Source: Escherichia phage vB_EcoP_PhAPEC5
Sequence record: NC_024786.1
Direction: 5' to 3' (one strand)
Length of the DNA stretch: 64,000 nt
Below are positions 7,878 to 17,603 of this stretch, piece after piece. The notes below the pieces were generated by a model. The model was not told where the DNA came from, made no database searches, and saw only the letters and a list, made by a program, of their open reading frames with translations. Positions within the stretch are counted from its first letter, which is position 1. Every line of letters begins with the position of its first letter. Made by a program: the position numbers and the translations under genes.

Positions 7878-10439
7878 ATGTTAGTTGCAGATACCAATCA
7901 ATCAGCCACTTCAGCGACACTGGGTGGCAAAGAAGCAATCGCCTTTGGCATCTCTGATGACCCGGCATTCTTTCACGTATTAAGTACTTCCTTATATAAC
8001 AACCCCACTCTGGCAGTAGTTCGTGAGACTATCTGTAACAGTTGGGATGCTCATATTGAAGCAGGTAAGACTGATACTCCTATCAGTATTACTATTGATA
8101 CCGACAATTTTATTACCTTCCGTGACTATGGTAACGGTATCCCGGATGAACTAATTGGTTCCATCTATGGTGTCTATGGTGCATCTACTAAGAAGTCCAA
8201 CAGTAGTGTTACTGGTGGCTTTGGTCTGGGATGTAAATCCCCATTCGCTTATACAGATAGCTTCCAGGTTACTTCATGGAACCAAGGGAAGATGTCTGTA
8301 TATAACGTAGCTAAGGCTGCAATTGAGAATGATGGTAAACCGAGTATTGTTCCTATCGTTACTGGTATTCCTACTGAGGAATCTGGACTGGAAGTTAAAT
8401 TCCAGCTAGGCAAGCATGATGTAAATACCTTTGTGCATTACATCACATCAATTGTATTTAACGGTGAGATTAAGGCTGAGCTTAGTATTCCCAAACTTGT
8501 TCGTGAAGAAACAGGTAATAGTATTCAGCAGGGTGACTACACTCTGCTGAATACCCTAGGCATGTCATTTGAACCTGGTTCATATGATATGACTGGTAGT
8601 TGGTATCAAGGCTATATGGGTAACAGTAACATCTTTGTTCGCTACGGTAACGTAATGTACCCAATAGTATCTAGTCCAGCTAGTGAAGAGGCTGTAGGTC
8701 TTATTCTTAACTTCATGAATATCATTGGAGCTGATAATTTAGTAGTTCAGGCTGCACCGGATACCTTAGCGATTGCCCCTAGCCGTGAAACACTGTCTAA
8801 CCAGAAGTTAACTGACGATGGTATTACTGCTCTATGTGTAGATTTAGTAGACCGTATGGAGAAAGAGATTAAGGCTAAGATTCCCGAAGCTATTAAGCAG
8901 ATTGAAAAGTATGCCTCCGAATCCTCTGCTGGGTACTGGGAATATCCGTCTTTCTTGGGTGTTGTTACGGACAGAATTGTTCAACGCTATATGTCCTCTA
9001 GCTTGTGGGCTAAGCAACGTAAACATCATATTAAGCACTGGCGTAATCTATCCAATAAGGCATTATTAGCTCGTCCTGAATATGCAGGTCTTAAGAAACT
9101 GTATAGTAAGGCTATGCGTGCTCTTAAGCATACTCGTACAGACGGTACTTCCTTATTCCAGGATTTAGTATACCGTCATCTGCATTTACCTCAGCTTGTT
9201 GCTTTAAAAGCCACTGGTGTTAAGTGGTCTGGTTACATAATGAACCAGGGTAACAGTGTTGGCCTGGTAAAAGGTAAACTTACTGACTACTTTAAGATGG
9301 GCTATAACAACCATTTGGGTATCGGTATATTCACTACCAAGAATGTTGTAGTTACCCGACGTTTATCTGACTGTGCAGACTCTTTCTCATACTTCCCTGA
9401 GTACAACCGAGGTGACCTGGAGCGTACTGCTTTTGTTCACGTCGTTGGTCCTAAAAAGGGCGAAGCAGAAGAAGCTGTAGCTAAGTTCACTGCTATGGGT
9501 TATCGGGTAATTGACCTTACTCAATATAATGAGTGGGACAAGCCAACTAACTTCCGCAGGGAACAGGCTAAGATAGCTGCTGAGAAACGTGCTAGTACAA
9601 TAGCTGCCAATAAAACCAAAGCAGGAGGTAAAACTAATGCATTAGTTTCATTGAATGCAGTACTAGGTACTACCCCTGTACGGGATAAAAGTGGTGATTG
9701 GGTATCTAAGCCGTATATCCAGAAGGAATTTGCTGACCCGAGCTACCATGAGAAATCTGGTTTCGTTGAAGTAGAATTGCCCAAGTACTACGTGCTAGCC
9801 AATCAGGTTGGTTCTGGTAGACCGGAAACTGCCAAGATTGGAACCATGTGGAAATGGTATGAACTGTCCGATGAGATGAAAGCAGAGACTGTTGTCTGTC
9901 GTAATCAAATCGAAGTTAACAAGGCCAAACGCCGTGGTGCTATTCACATTGACGATATTCGTCTTAATGAATTGATGTCTGTTATTACCAGCAAGGGATT
10001 CAAGAAGTATGTCAGTGAACAGCGTATTGGTGTTCTGGAATACGTAGGACTGGATGACAGGAAATATTGGGAAATTCTCGATATTCTGGGTCTAACCTTC
10101 AAACCATTACAGAGTCTGGTTCTTAAACCAGAGTACGAATGGGCATGTGACTTCCTAAGAAACCATCCACGTAACAAAGAGAGACTTGTTGAGATGGGCC
10201 TCATTAAGTCAGTAGATGACTTGGAACCATATGTAAGGATGGTTAATCCTCGTATGCACAAGCATTACGAAGTACTTACCAGGTACAAAGAGTTATTCTG
10301 TTATAGCTGGAGTGCTGGTGACATCTTACAAAACCTAGACTTGGGTAATTTAGTCAAGTATCTCAAGAAAAATCCAGAGGATATTCCTGGGTTTAAGTCC
10401 CTCTACCGTAATCGCCTAAATAAACTGAAAGGTAAATAA
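7878..10439 (+). CDS. rIIA: rIIA-like protein with N-terminal GHKL (HATPase_c) ATPase domain
   Basis: GHKL-like boxes ETICNSWDA, RDYGNGIP, TGGFGLG in the N-terminus; 853 aa; immediately followed by a rIIB-sized partner. Confidence 0.65.
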   Translation: MLVADTNQSATSATLGGKEAIAFGISDDPAFFHVLSTSLYNNPTLAVVRETICNSWDAHIEAGKTDTPISITIDTDNFITFRDYGNGIPDELIGSIYGVYGASTKKSNSSVTGGFGLGCKSPFAYTDSFQVTSWNQGKMSVYNVAKAAIENDGKPSIVPIVTGIPTEESGLEVKFQLGKHDVNTFVHYITSIVFNGEIKAELSIPKLVREETGNSIQQGDYTLLNTLGMSFEPGSYDMTGSWYQGYMGNSNIFVRYGNVMYPIVSSPASEEAVGLILNFMNIIGADNLVVQAAPDTLAIAPSRETLSNQKLTDDGITALCVDLVDRMEKEIKAKIPEAIKQIEKYASESSAGYWEYPSFLGVVTDRIVQRYMSSSLWAKQRKHHIKHWRNLSNKALLARPEYAGLKKLYSKAMRALKHTRTDGTSLFQDLVYRHLHLPQLVALKATGVKWSGYIMNQGNSVGLVKGKLTDYFKMGYNNHLGIGIFTTKNVVVTRRLSDCADSFSYFPEYNRGDLERTAFVHVVGPKKGEAEEAVAKFTAMGYRVIDLTQYNEWDKPTNFRREQAKIAAEKRASTIAANKTKAGGKTNALVSLNAVLGTTPVRDKSGDWVSKPYIQKEFADPSYHEKSGFVEVELPKYYVLANQVGSGRPETAKIGTMWKWYELSDEMKAETVVCRNQIEVNKAKRRGAIHIDDIRLNELMSVITSKGFKKYVSEQRIGVLEYVGLDDRKYWEILDILGLTFKPLQSLVLKPEYEWACDFLRNHPRNKERLVEMGLIKSVDDLEPYVRMVNPRMHKHYEVLTRYKELFCYSWSAGDILQNLDLGNLVKYLKKNPEDIPGFKSLYRNRLNKLKGK

Positions 10440-10443
10440 TCTG

Positions 10444-12486
10444 ATGAAAATCGAACTGATTTCTATCATCGCACTGGCAGTTGACAGTCGAAACCTCACA
10501 CTGTGGAAGCCTGATGGCTCCACGGTTGTATATCCTCAGAGCGACCCACGGGTTGCTCGCATTGTATCTGAAGCACAGACCAAAGGTCTTGGCACTACCC
10601 AGGACCAAATAGAAGTAAACATTGCACCAGAAGTAGAACTACGTACTGAATATCTGGAAGCAGAGAAGAACACCAACGGATTCGTCCGTTTCTTCAAGGT
10701 AGCTAAAGCTAAACTTAAAGAGTTCTTCGAAGATAGCACAGGTGTTTCACCAGCCCGTATCGTCTCAGATATTAAGCTGGGTAATCCTACTAAGACGCTT
10801 GTGTCTAAAGCTATGGATACCTTCCTGGCTGTACAGGCTAATGAACCAGAAGTAACGGTAGCAGACGGATGTTACGACAAACGTGACAATCTGATGTGGG
10901 TTACTGGCTGGGACAGGGACCATAACCATCCTGCACTGGTTCGTTTTATTAACGACGTACTGTGGATGGATTCCGGTCTTACTGACATTGTGCTTAGACA
11001 AGAATGGCCTATTGCAATTCGTGCAGTATCTGATGATGAAATGGGTGAGTTTGCTAAACAAGCCCAGAACATCAAAGGTGTACATGTTGTATTTACCAAT
11101 CGTGAAGAAACACCACTGCCTTATGTGGAAGTAGCTAAAACTACGAACCAGGATAAGCTGGCTGCTGCTTCAGAGAAGCTAGCTGCATTAGGTGCTATCA
11201 GTACCGATGATGCTAACTTCCACACTGATGTGAAGGAAGATGAAGTGGTTGTTGCTGTTACTAACAATGGGGTTATCCCTGGAGTTGAGAACCTACATCG
11301 TCACCTGCGTCAGTCTGCCAAGCTGAAAGACTACAAGGGCTTTACTAAATTCCTTGAACGTCTGGCTCCGGTTATTAAAGACCGTCTGCACTCAGTGGAA
11401 GACCTGATGAAGTTCATGGAAACTGCTGAACTGCCTATTGCTGATGATGGCTCTATCCTGTTCTTGAAACGCCTTAAGTATAAAGGCACGGAAGATGGTA
11501 AACGTGTATTCGTTGACTGTCACTCAGGCAACATCCGTCAGTGGGTAGGCTGTAAAGTACAGGTACGAGAAGACCTGGTAGACCCTGACCGACGTCAGGA
11601 CTGCTCTAACGGTCTGCATGTGGCATCCATGAGCTACATTCGTCACTTCGGTGGTAACGTAACTATCCTTGGTAAAGTAGCACCAGAAGATGTTTTTGCT
11701 GTTCCTGAGTACAACACTAATAAGATGCGTGTAGCTGCGTATCACATTATTGCTGAACTTCCAGAAGAGGAACGTTGCAACGTTAACAGTGGTATCTACC
11801 TGTCTAAGACAGAAGTAGGTAAGAAGTTGCTTAATGATGCCATCGTTGGGAACCATAGTTCACCTACTACACTTATTATGGTTGGTGGTCACTATGGTAC
11901 TAACCTCAAATACACTAATCTCTCATCTGGTTCTGTAGAACAATTCCGTACAGTTGCTAACAAAGAAGCACTGAATATGGAAGAGTCACTTAATGAGGCT
12001 TTAGCTGCTGAACCAGTGAAAGCTACTGACCTTAAACCTATTGTTAATAAGGCTCCTACTGTGAAAGAACAAATTCAGGAACTGGTTAAAGAGTTCCTTA
12101 ATGCTACTACTCCAGAAGATAAATTAGCTGCTGCTGATTTACTTGTGGAAATGCGAGGTAAGGCTCGTAAGCCTTGGGCTGCTTTAGGTGTTGGTTCTGA
12201 TGTGGTGGCGAAAATTGCTGATGTACGTACAACCTACACAGCTAAACCTATCGGTAAACCAAAACCAGTGAAGCAAGCTAAGGTTACTAAAGCTGCTCCT
12301 AAACCCATTAATGGAACACACGCTGATAATCTGCGTAGCATCCTGAATGATACGTCGTACTCCGACTATCAGAAAGGCCATGCTCTGCAAGACTATAAGC
12401 GTCATGCCAAGAAGTCATTCGCTGCAATGGGTCTGACTGAAGAAGAAGCTAAGTTAGCTACCAAGCTGACTAAAGCTGCTAAGTAA
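10444..12486 (+). CDS. rIIB: rIIB-like protein (putative)
   Basis: 680-aa ORF directly downstream of the rIIA-like gene; assignment by position and size, no diagnostic motif recognised. Confidence 0.45.
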   Translation: MKIELISIIALAVDSRNLTLWKPDGSTVVYPQSDPRVARIVSEAQTKGLGTTQDQIEVNIAPEVELRTEYLEAEKNTNGFVRFFKVAKAKLKEFFEDSTGVSPARIVSDIKLGNPTKTLVSKAMDTFLAVQANEPEVTVADGCYDKRDNLMWVTGWDRDHNHPALVRFINDVLWMDSGLTDIVLRQEWPIAIRAVSDDEMGEFAKQAQNIKGVHVVFTNREETPLPYVEVAKTTNQDKLAAASEKLAALGAISTDDANFHTDVKEDEVVVAVTNNGVIPGVENLHRHLRQSAKLKDYKGFTKFLERLAPVIKDRLHSVEDLMKFMETAELPIADDGSILFLKRLKYKGTEDGKRVFVDCHSGNIRQWVGCKVQVREDLVDPDRRQDCSNGLHVASMSYIRHFGGNVTILGKVAPEDVFAVPEYNTNKMRVAAYHIIAELPEEERCNVNSGIYLSKTEVGKKLLNDAIVGNHSSPTTLIMVGGHYGTNLKYTNLSSGSVEQFRTVANKEALNMEESLNEALAAEPVKATDLKPIVNKAPTVKEQIQELVKEFLNATTPEDKLAAADLLVEMRGKARKPWAALGVGSDVVAKIADVRTTYTAKPIGKPKPVKQAKVTKAAPKPINGTHADNLRSILNDTSYSDYQKGHALQDYKRHAKKSFAAMGLTEEEAKLATKLTKAAK

Positions 12487-12548
12487 TAGCCTGTTCAAAT
12501 GCCCTCACTTGTAATAAAGTGAGGGTAAATTTGAAGAGGAAATGTACT

Positions 12549-12944
12549 ATGAGTAATGTATATCGTGTAAACCGTAAGGCTACTGATGAAGACATCATTC
12601 GAATGAATGCTGTTGGATTGTCTCTGGCAACCATTGCTAAAACATTGGGTGTTCACCCAACGACCGTGACCTTACGGTTGCGTTCTTTAAACATTGAACC
12701 AGCCGACACACGTCGGACGTTCATGGAGAATGTACTCCGTCCATTACCAACCCATGTGGCAGATTGGCTGTCAGAGCAAGTTGGTCCTGCTTATGAGATT
12801 CGTTCATATGTAAGGGACTTGATACTGGAGGCATATAATAATCGCCACCTTAACCAAGAGAGTGAGCATGACAAGTTCATCCGTTTGTACGCTGGAAAAC
12901 ACACGGCAATGGTTTCTAAAAGCCATACCGAATCCGACGAGTAA
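12549..12944 (+). CDS. HTH DNA-binding protein (putative transcription regulator)
   Basis: Helix-turn-helix-like segment LSLATIAKTLGVHPTTVTLRL; ATG 12549 with GAAGAGGA RBS; tracked ORF begins at GTG 12519 inside a hairpin. Confidence 0.45.
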   Translation: MSNVYRVNRKATDEDIIRMNAVGLSLATIAKTLGVHPTTVTLRLRSLNIEPADTRRTFMENVLRPLPTHVADWLSEQVGPAYEIRSYVRDLILEAYNNRHLNQESEHDKFIRLYAGKHTAMVSKSHTESDE

Positions 12945-13332
12945 GAACATTAGTACCCAGATTGGTTGTCATCTGGAAGAAGTGGTGGAAATGCTGGATG
13001 TACTCCAGACTAAATTTCCTGGTTACAAAAATAAGTTAGACGATGCCCGTAAGCATTTACGCTTCATTTCTAACTTACTGAAGCAGGAAGAAGGCAGTTT
13101 CTTCATTCAGGAAGAAGACCGTCAAGAACTTCTGGATGCACTGGCTGACCAGATTGTTACAGCAACTGGCGTCGGTACTTTCCTTGGGATGAATGTCCCT
13201 GGAGCATTGGCTGAAGTCAATCGCTCAAACTATTCTAAGTTCGACGAAGACGGTAATCCTATCTTCAATGAGAATATGAAAGTAATGAAAGGCCCACATT
13301 ACACCAAGCCTGACCTCAAACCATACATCTAA
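12868..13332 (+). CDS. MazG-like nucleoside triphosphate pyrophosphohydrolase (putative); start uncertain
   Basis: EExxE-type helix HLEEVVEML and downstream acidic helix ELLDALADQIV; overlaps upstream gene by about 77 nt if ATG 12868 is used; alternative starts at 12982/12991. Confidence 0.4.
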   Translation: MTSSSVCTLENTRQWFLKAIPNPTSKNISTQIGCHLEEVVEMLDVLQTKFPGYKNKLDDARKHLRFISNLLKQEEGSFFIQEEDRQELLDALADQIVTATGVGTFLGMNVPGALAEVNRSNYSKFDEDGNPIFNENMKVMKGPHYTKPDLKPYI

Positions 13333-13353
13333 CCCTCTACGGAGGGTTTTTTA
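13332..13353 (+). terminator. Rho-independent terminator
   Basis: Stem CCCTC / GAGGG, loop TACG, followed by TTTTTT. Confidence 0.6.
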
Positions 13354-13365
13354 CTGGAGATTTAA

Positions 13366-14676
13366 ATGTTTTCCAAACCTACCAAAGCCCCATTGAACCA
13401 GGGGCAAGAAGCGGTTGCGAAGGAGTTCTTCGACTTCCTGCTCGACCCTAATGCCTCAGAATTCAATATCAGTGGACCTGGGGGAACTGGTAAGACATTC
13501 CTGATGTCGCACCTCATTGATGACACTATGCCTGCATATATGGAAACTTGCTCCCTAATGGGAACCAAGCCTCTGTATAACGAAGTTGTCATGACAGCGA
13601 CCACGAACAAAGCTGCTGAAGTTCTGGCTCAAGCTACGGGGCGTCCAACGTCTACCTATCATTCCTTCCAGGGGCTGATTGTTAAGAATGACTTTAAGAC
13701 TGGTGAGGCTAATGTTGTACCGTCTAAGTCATTCACCATTAAGAAGAACAAGATTATCTTCGTAGATGAAGCATCCATGATTGACCGTCAGTTACTTAAG
13801 TATGCTCGTGAAGGTACTCACCAGTGCAAACTGGTATTCGTGGGTGATGCTTCCCAGCTTCTGCCTGTTAAAGAGAGTAAGTCTCCAGTGTATGCAGGTA
13901 ATATCCCAACACACTATCTGACTGAACAGATGCGTACCGATACACCAGAACTCAAGGCATTGCATCAGCAATTGCGTGATACGGTGGAAGGTAAGACAGG
14001 CTTCCTGCCTATTAAATGTATTCCAGGCATCATTGACTGGGTACAGGAGGAAGAGATGGAGAAACTGGTTCTCAGTCACTTCACTCAACCCACCAATAGT
14101 CGTATTGTTGCTTACACAAATGACCAGGTTATTAATTACAATAACTACATTCGTGAAGCTAATGGCTACGTGGGTGAATACTCCATTGGTGAGCAGCTTG
14201 TTTCTAACTCAGCCGTTCGCTTGGGTGTGGATGACCGTCTGTCTATCGAGCAGGACGTAAAACTTATCGACCAGGATAGTAGTACTCGCATGATTAAAGT
14301 TACAGGTGACCTGGAACTAGAAGTCCGTGATAGTACTCTAGACCTTGGTTATGGTGGTATTGTTAGTGAAGTACCGGTTCCTACCGACCCAGACTACTTC
14401 AACCGTTTGGTTAAGTGGTTAGGTAAAGAGAAGAACTGGGAACCTTATTTCCGTCTTAAAGAAACCATTCCAGACCTTCGTGCTACTCATGCATGTACTG
14501 TTCATAAATCACAAGGCTCTACTTACGACACAATCTTCATTGATGCAAATGACCTCTCAAGCTGTCGCCAACCGGATATGGTTGCTCGTCTGCTTTACGT
14601 CGCTGTGTCTCGTGCCCGTAAGCGTGTAGTGTTCTATGGCAATCTTGCCAGTAAGTACGGTGGTCTAACTTTCTAA
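13366..14676 (+). CDS. Dda/RecD-like superfamily 1 DNA helicase
   Basis: Walker A GPGGTGKT, Walker B IIFVDEASMI, C-terminal VHKSQGSTYD motif. Confidence 0.8.
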   Translation: MFSKPTKAPLNQGQEAVAKEFFDFLLDPNASEFNISGPGGTGKTFLMSHLIDDTMPAYMETCSLMGTKPLYNEVVMTATTNKAAEVLAQATGRPTSTYHSFQGLIVKNDFKTGEANVVPSKSFTIKKNKIIFVDEASMIDRQLLKYAREGTHQCKLVFVGDASQLLPVKESKSPVYAGNIPTHYLTEQMRTDTPELKALHQQLRDTVEGKTGFLPIKCIPGIIDWVQEEEMEKLVLSHFTQPTNSRIVAYTNDQVINYNNYIREANGYVGEYSIGEQLVSNSAVRLGVDDRLSIEQDVKLIDQDSSTRMIKVTGDLELEVRDSTLDLGYGGIVSEVPVPTDPDYFNRLVKWLGKEKNWEPYFRLKETIPDLRATHACTVHKSQGSTYDTIFIDANDLSSCRQPDMVARLLYVAVSRARKRVVFYGNLASKYGGLTF

Positions 14677-14686
14677 GGGAGGGTAT

Positions 14687-15217
14687 ATGCCTCAGATTGG
14701 TTCAGCGACTATTGGTCAGGTTGCCAATAGTAGTGAGATAGTCAAGCACCTGTTCTTAGCAGAACTGGTTCGTCTTGATGGTGTGTTAAACGGTATCATT
14801 GATAAGAATGATCGTATCAATGGTGTAGATGTATCGGCTGGATTCCTTCACCAAGGGGAGTTCTATCAGCGTTCTAACGCTACCAGACCTCCAACCTACG
14901 GAGAACGATTAACGCTTAATCCAGAGCTTTGGCCTGTAATGGACAAGTATCTGAAAGCCTCCAGTCGTCTGATTACGGAAGTACATCTTGTGAACCAGAC
15001 TGTATATCGACTGGTTCGTGGTTGTATGTCCTATCAGGATGTACGTGATGCTCTGCCTGAATGTCTGGTAGCACAAGACCAGACTGGTCAGTACAAAGAG
15101 CTACAGCGTACTCGTGAAGCAGCTTGGACTCTTGCTGGTGATACTATGGCAATCAAACAGTATGAGAAGATTCTACCTTCTATTGAGTACTATGCAGCTT
15201 CCCATCTGATTTTCTAA
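14687..15217 (+). CDS. hypothetical protein
   Basis: ATG start with GGGAGG RBS; 176 aa. Confidence 0.4.
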   Translation: MPQIGSATIGQVANSSEIVKHLFLAELVRLDGVLNGIIDKNDRINGVDVSAGFLHQGEFYQRSNATRPPTYGERLTLNPELWPVMDKYLKASSRLITEVHLVNQTVYRLVRGCMSYQDVRDALPECLVAQDQTGQYKELQRTREAAWTLAGDTMAIKQYEKILPSIEYYAASHLIF

Positions 15218-15226
15218 GGTAAAGCT

Positions 15227-16897
15227 ATGCGTTACATCACCTCTCAGGATACTGGCAAGTATCCTATTGCTATCCTCGGTCATCAAATCCGAAGGGAGGA
15301 GATGATTAAAACCTACCTGCTGCCTTATGACCTAAGCATGGAAGATTTCATCTTCCTTGAGCTTCATTCTGCCCCAGGTAAGAAGAAGACTCCTGCAAGG
15401 GAGATTAAGGAGTTCATACAGCAGGAACTGCAACAAGTACTGGATGACGCAGAGACTCAGTACATTATCTGTACCGATTCTGACTACTTCAAAATACTGA
15501 CTAAAGAAGCTAAAGCAGAGGCTAACCTCGGCTATGTTTGTGATTCAGTATGGGGTAAGCAGAAGGTTATCTATACACCTAGCTACAGACAGGTCTTTTA
15601 TGATCCACCTGTAGTGAAAGCTAAGATTGCTCAGGGTATGGATGCATTACTTAACCACATTCGTGGGCAGTATGCTGAACCAGGACAGGGAATCATTGAG
15701 TTTGAAGCCTATCCGGATACACCAGAAAAGATTAAAGCCTGGCTAGACCAGTTGCTTGAGATGAATAAGCCTCTGGCTATAGACATCGAATCATTCGGTT
15801 TAAAGCACTATAACGCTGGTATAGGGACGATTACGTTCTGTTGGAGTAAGACACAAGGCATAGCCTTTAATGTGGACTACGAGCCGATTAAGGGGGCTAC
15901 TGAAGCACCCTATGGGCGTATTAACAGGAACGATGTTGTTCGTAACCTGTTACGTGAATTCTTCATTAAGTACACTCAACGGCAGATGTATCACAACATT
16001 AGCTATGACGTGTACATACTTATCTATCAGTTATTCATGGATAACCTGATTGATACGGAAGGCTTACTAAATGGCATGGAGATCATGCTACGTAATTGGG
16101 ACTGTACTAAGTTAATCACCTACCTGGCTACTAACAGTTGTGCCGGTAATCATCTTAGTCTGAAAGAACAGGCTCAGGAATATGCTGGTAACTATGCTCA
16201 GGATGATATTAAAGACATTCGTCTTATACCTAATGAGCAACTGTTACGCTACAACCTCATTGATGGTTTGTGTACGTGGTACACCTACGAGAAGCACTGG
16301 GATACTCTCATTGCTGATGACCAATTAGATGTTTACAACAACATCTTTAAACCAGCCTGCGAAGACATTATTCAGATGCAGTTAACCGGTATGCCCATGA
16401 ATATGGAAACCGTTAACCAAGTGGCTGAAGAGATGGAAACTGACAGGAACCAGGCTTTGAAAACTATTCGTGAGTCTAAGCTCATGAAGAATTTCACCCT
16501 GATGCTTCGTCAGGAATGGGTAGATGATAAGAATGCTAAGCTTAAGAAGAAGCAGGTAACATTGGCTGATTGTGACATTGAGTTTAATCCTAACTCCGGT
16601 CCTCAATTACAGAAACTGTTATTTGATTATATTGGCTTACCGGTTCTTGGTCTTACTAAGAGCAAGCAACCTGCTACTGACGGTGACACTATTAAAGCAC
16701 TGCGTACACATACGCAGAGTGAAGATGTTAAGGAACTGCTCAATGCACTTATCGACTATAAACTCGTGGATAAGATTATCACTAGTTTTATACCAGCTTT
16801 CAGGAATGCCCAACCGGGGCCGGATGGCTGGCACTATCTGTTCGGAAACCTTAATCTGGGAGGCACAGTCTCCGGTAGGCTATCGGCTTCAGAGCCT
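15227..16897 (+). CDS. DNA polymerase, family A, exon 1 (3'-5' exonuclease and N-terminal polymerase part)
   Basis: Exonuclease-like motifs (IDIESFGL, YNLIDGLCTWY); ORF ends with GRLSASEP, the first half of the Pol I GRLSSxxPNLQNIP motif; tracked ORF continues 7 codons into intron sequence (KINWAI stop). Confidence 0.75.
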
Positions 16898-17603
16898 AAA
16901 ATAAATTGGGCTATTTAAACCATGTGAATTCAGGGGAAACCCAGACCGGGCAATCCTGAGCCAAATCAACCATACCTGCCTTAGGAGGCACATGATGGAT
17001 ATCAAGAATCTGTACGAGAATACTGACCTATCTCAAGCAGAAATATCAAAGCGTTTGGGTATTAATTACAAAAAAGTCTCTAAATATATTATGGAGAACT
17101 ACAGTAAAGAATACCGCCAAAGCAGAAATGCAAAGTCTTACCGACGCTCCAAGCTGGGGAAAAATAACCCCATGCTCGGTAAATTCGGCAAAGACCATCA
17201 CAACTACAAAGGTTTAGTATCCGATAGTAAGGGCTACTTAATGGTACTTAAACCCGATTGGTATACTGCACGCAAAGGTAGCAAACATGTTTTTGCTCAC
17301 CATGTAGTGGTATGTGAGGCACTTAATATCAGTGAAATACCTAAGGGCTGGTGTGTGCACCATTGTGATGAAAATCCATACAACAACGACTTTGATAATC
17401 TTGTATTGCTAAGTGTTCCTGACCACGCTCGGTTACACTCAGCATTGAAAGGTGCAACGACTATCTCGAAAGAGAGTACACTCATGTGGGTGGAAGCGCA
17501 TGGCACGCCTTACTATCTGGCGTGATGATATAGTCTGCTCTGCATAGGAATATGCAGCAGTCGAAAGACGGGCATGGATTAACGACCCATGCTGAACAAC
17601 AGG
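16898..17603 (+). mobile_element. Group I self-splicing intron (predicted) carrying an HNH endonuclease ORF
   Basis: 5' exon ends in T pairing as U-G with intron GGGCT (P1); last intron base is G; P-like AATTCAGGGGAAA, Q-like AATCCTGAGCC, R-like GCAACGACTAT and S-like GATATAGTC elements; joining exons restores GRLSASEP-NLQTIP. Confidence 0.65.
16992..17525 (+). CDS. HNH homing endonuclease (intron-encoded)
   Basis: HNH core CVHHCDENPYNNDFDNLVLLSVPDHARLH; AGGAGG RBS at 16983-16988; lies entirely between the two DNA polymerase segments. Confidence 0.85.
   Translation: MMDIKNLYENTDLSQAEISKRLGINYKKVSKYIMENYSKEYRQSRNAKSYRRSKLGKNNPMLGKFGKDHHNYKGLVSDSKGYLMVLKPDWYTARKGSKHVFAHHVVVCEALNISEIPKGWCVHHCDENPYNNDFDNLVLLSVPDHARLHSALKGATTISKESTLMWVEAHGTPYYLA

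Noticed and set aside
16898-17603. Alternative reading: polymerase split into two polypeptides by a free-standing HNH gene without splicing
   Set aside because: Not excluded, but the U-G pair at the 5' splice site, terminal G, P1/P10 pairing and P/Q/R/S-like elements fit a group I intron better. Kept as the alternative to test.
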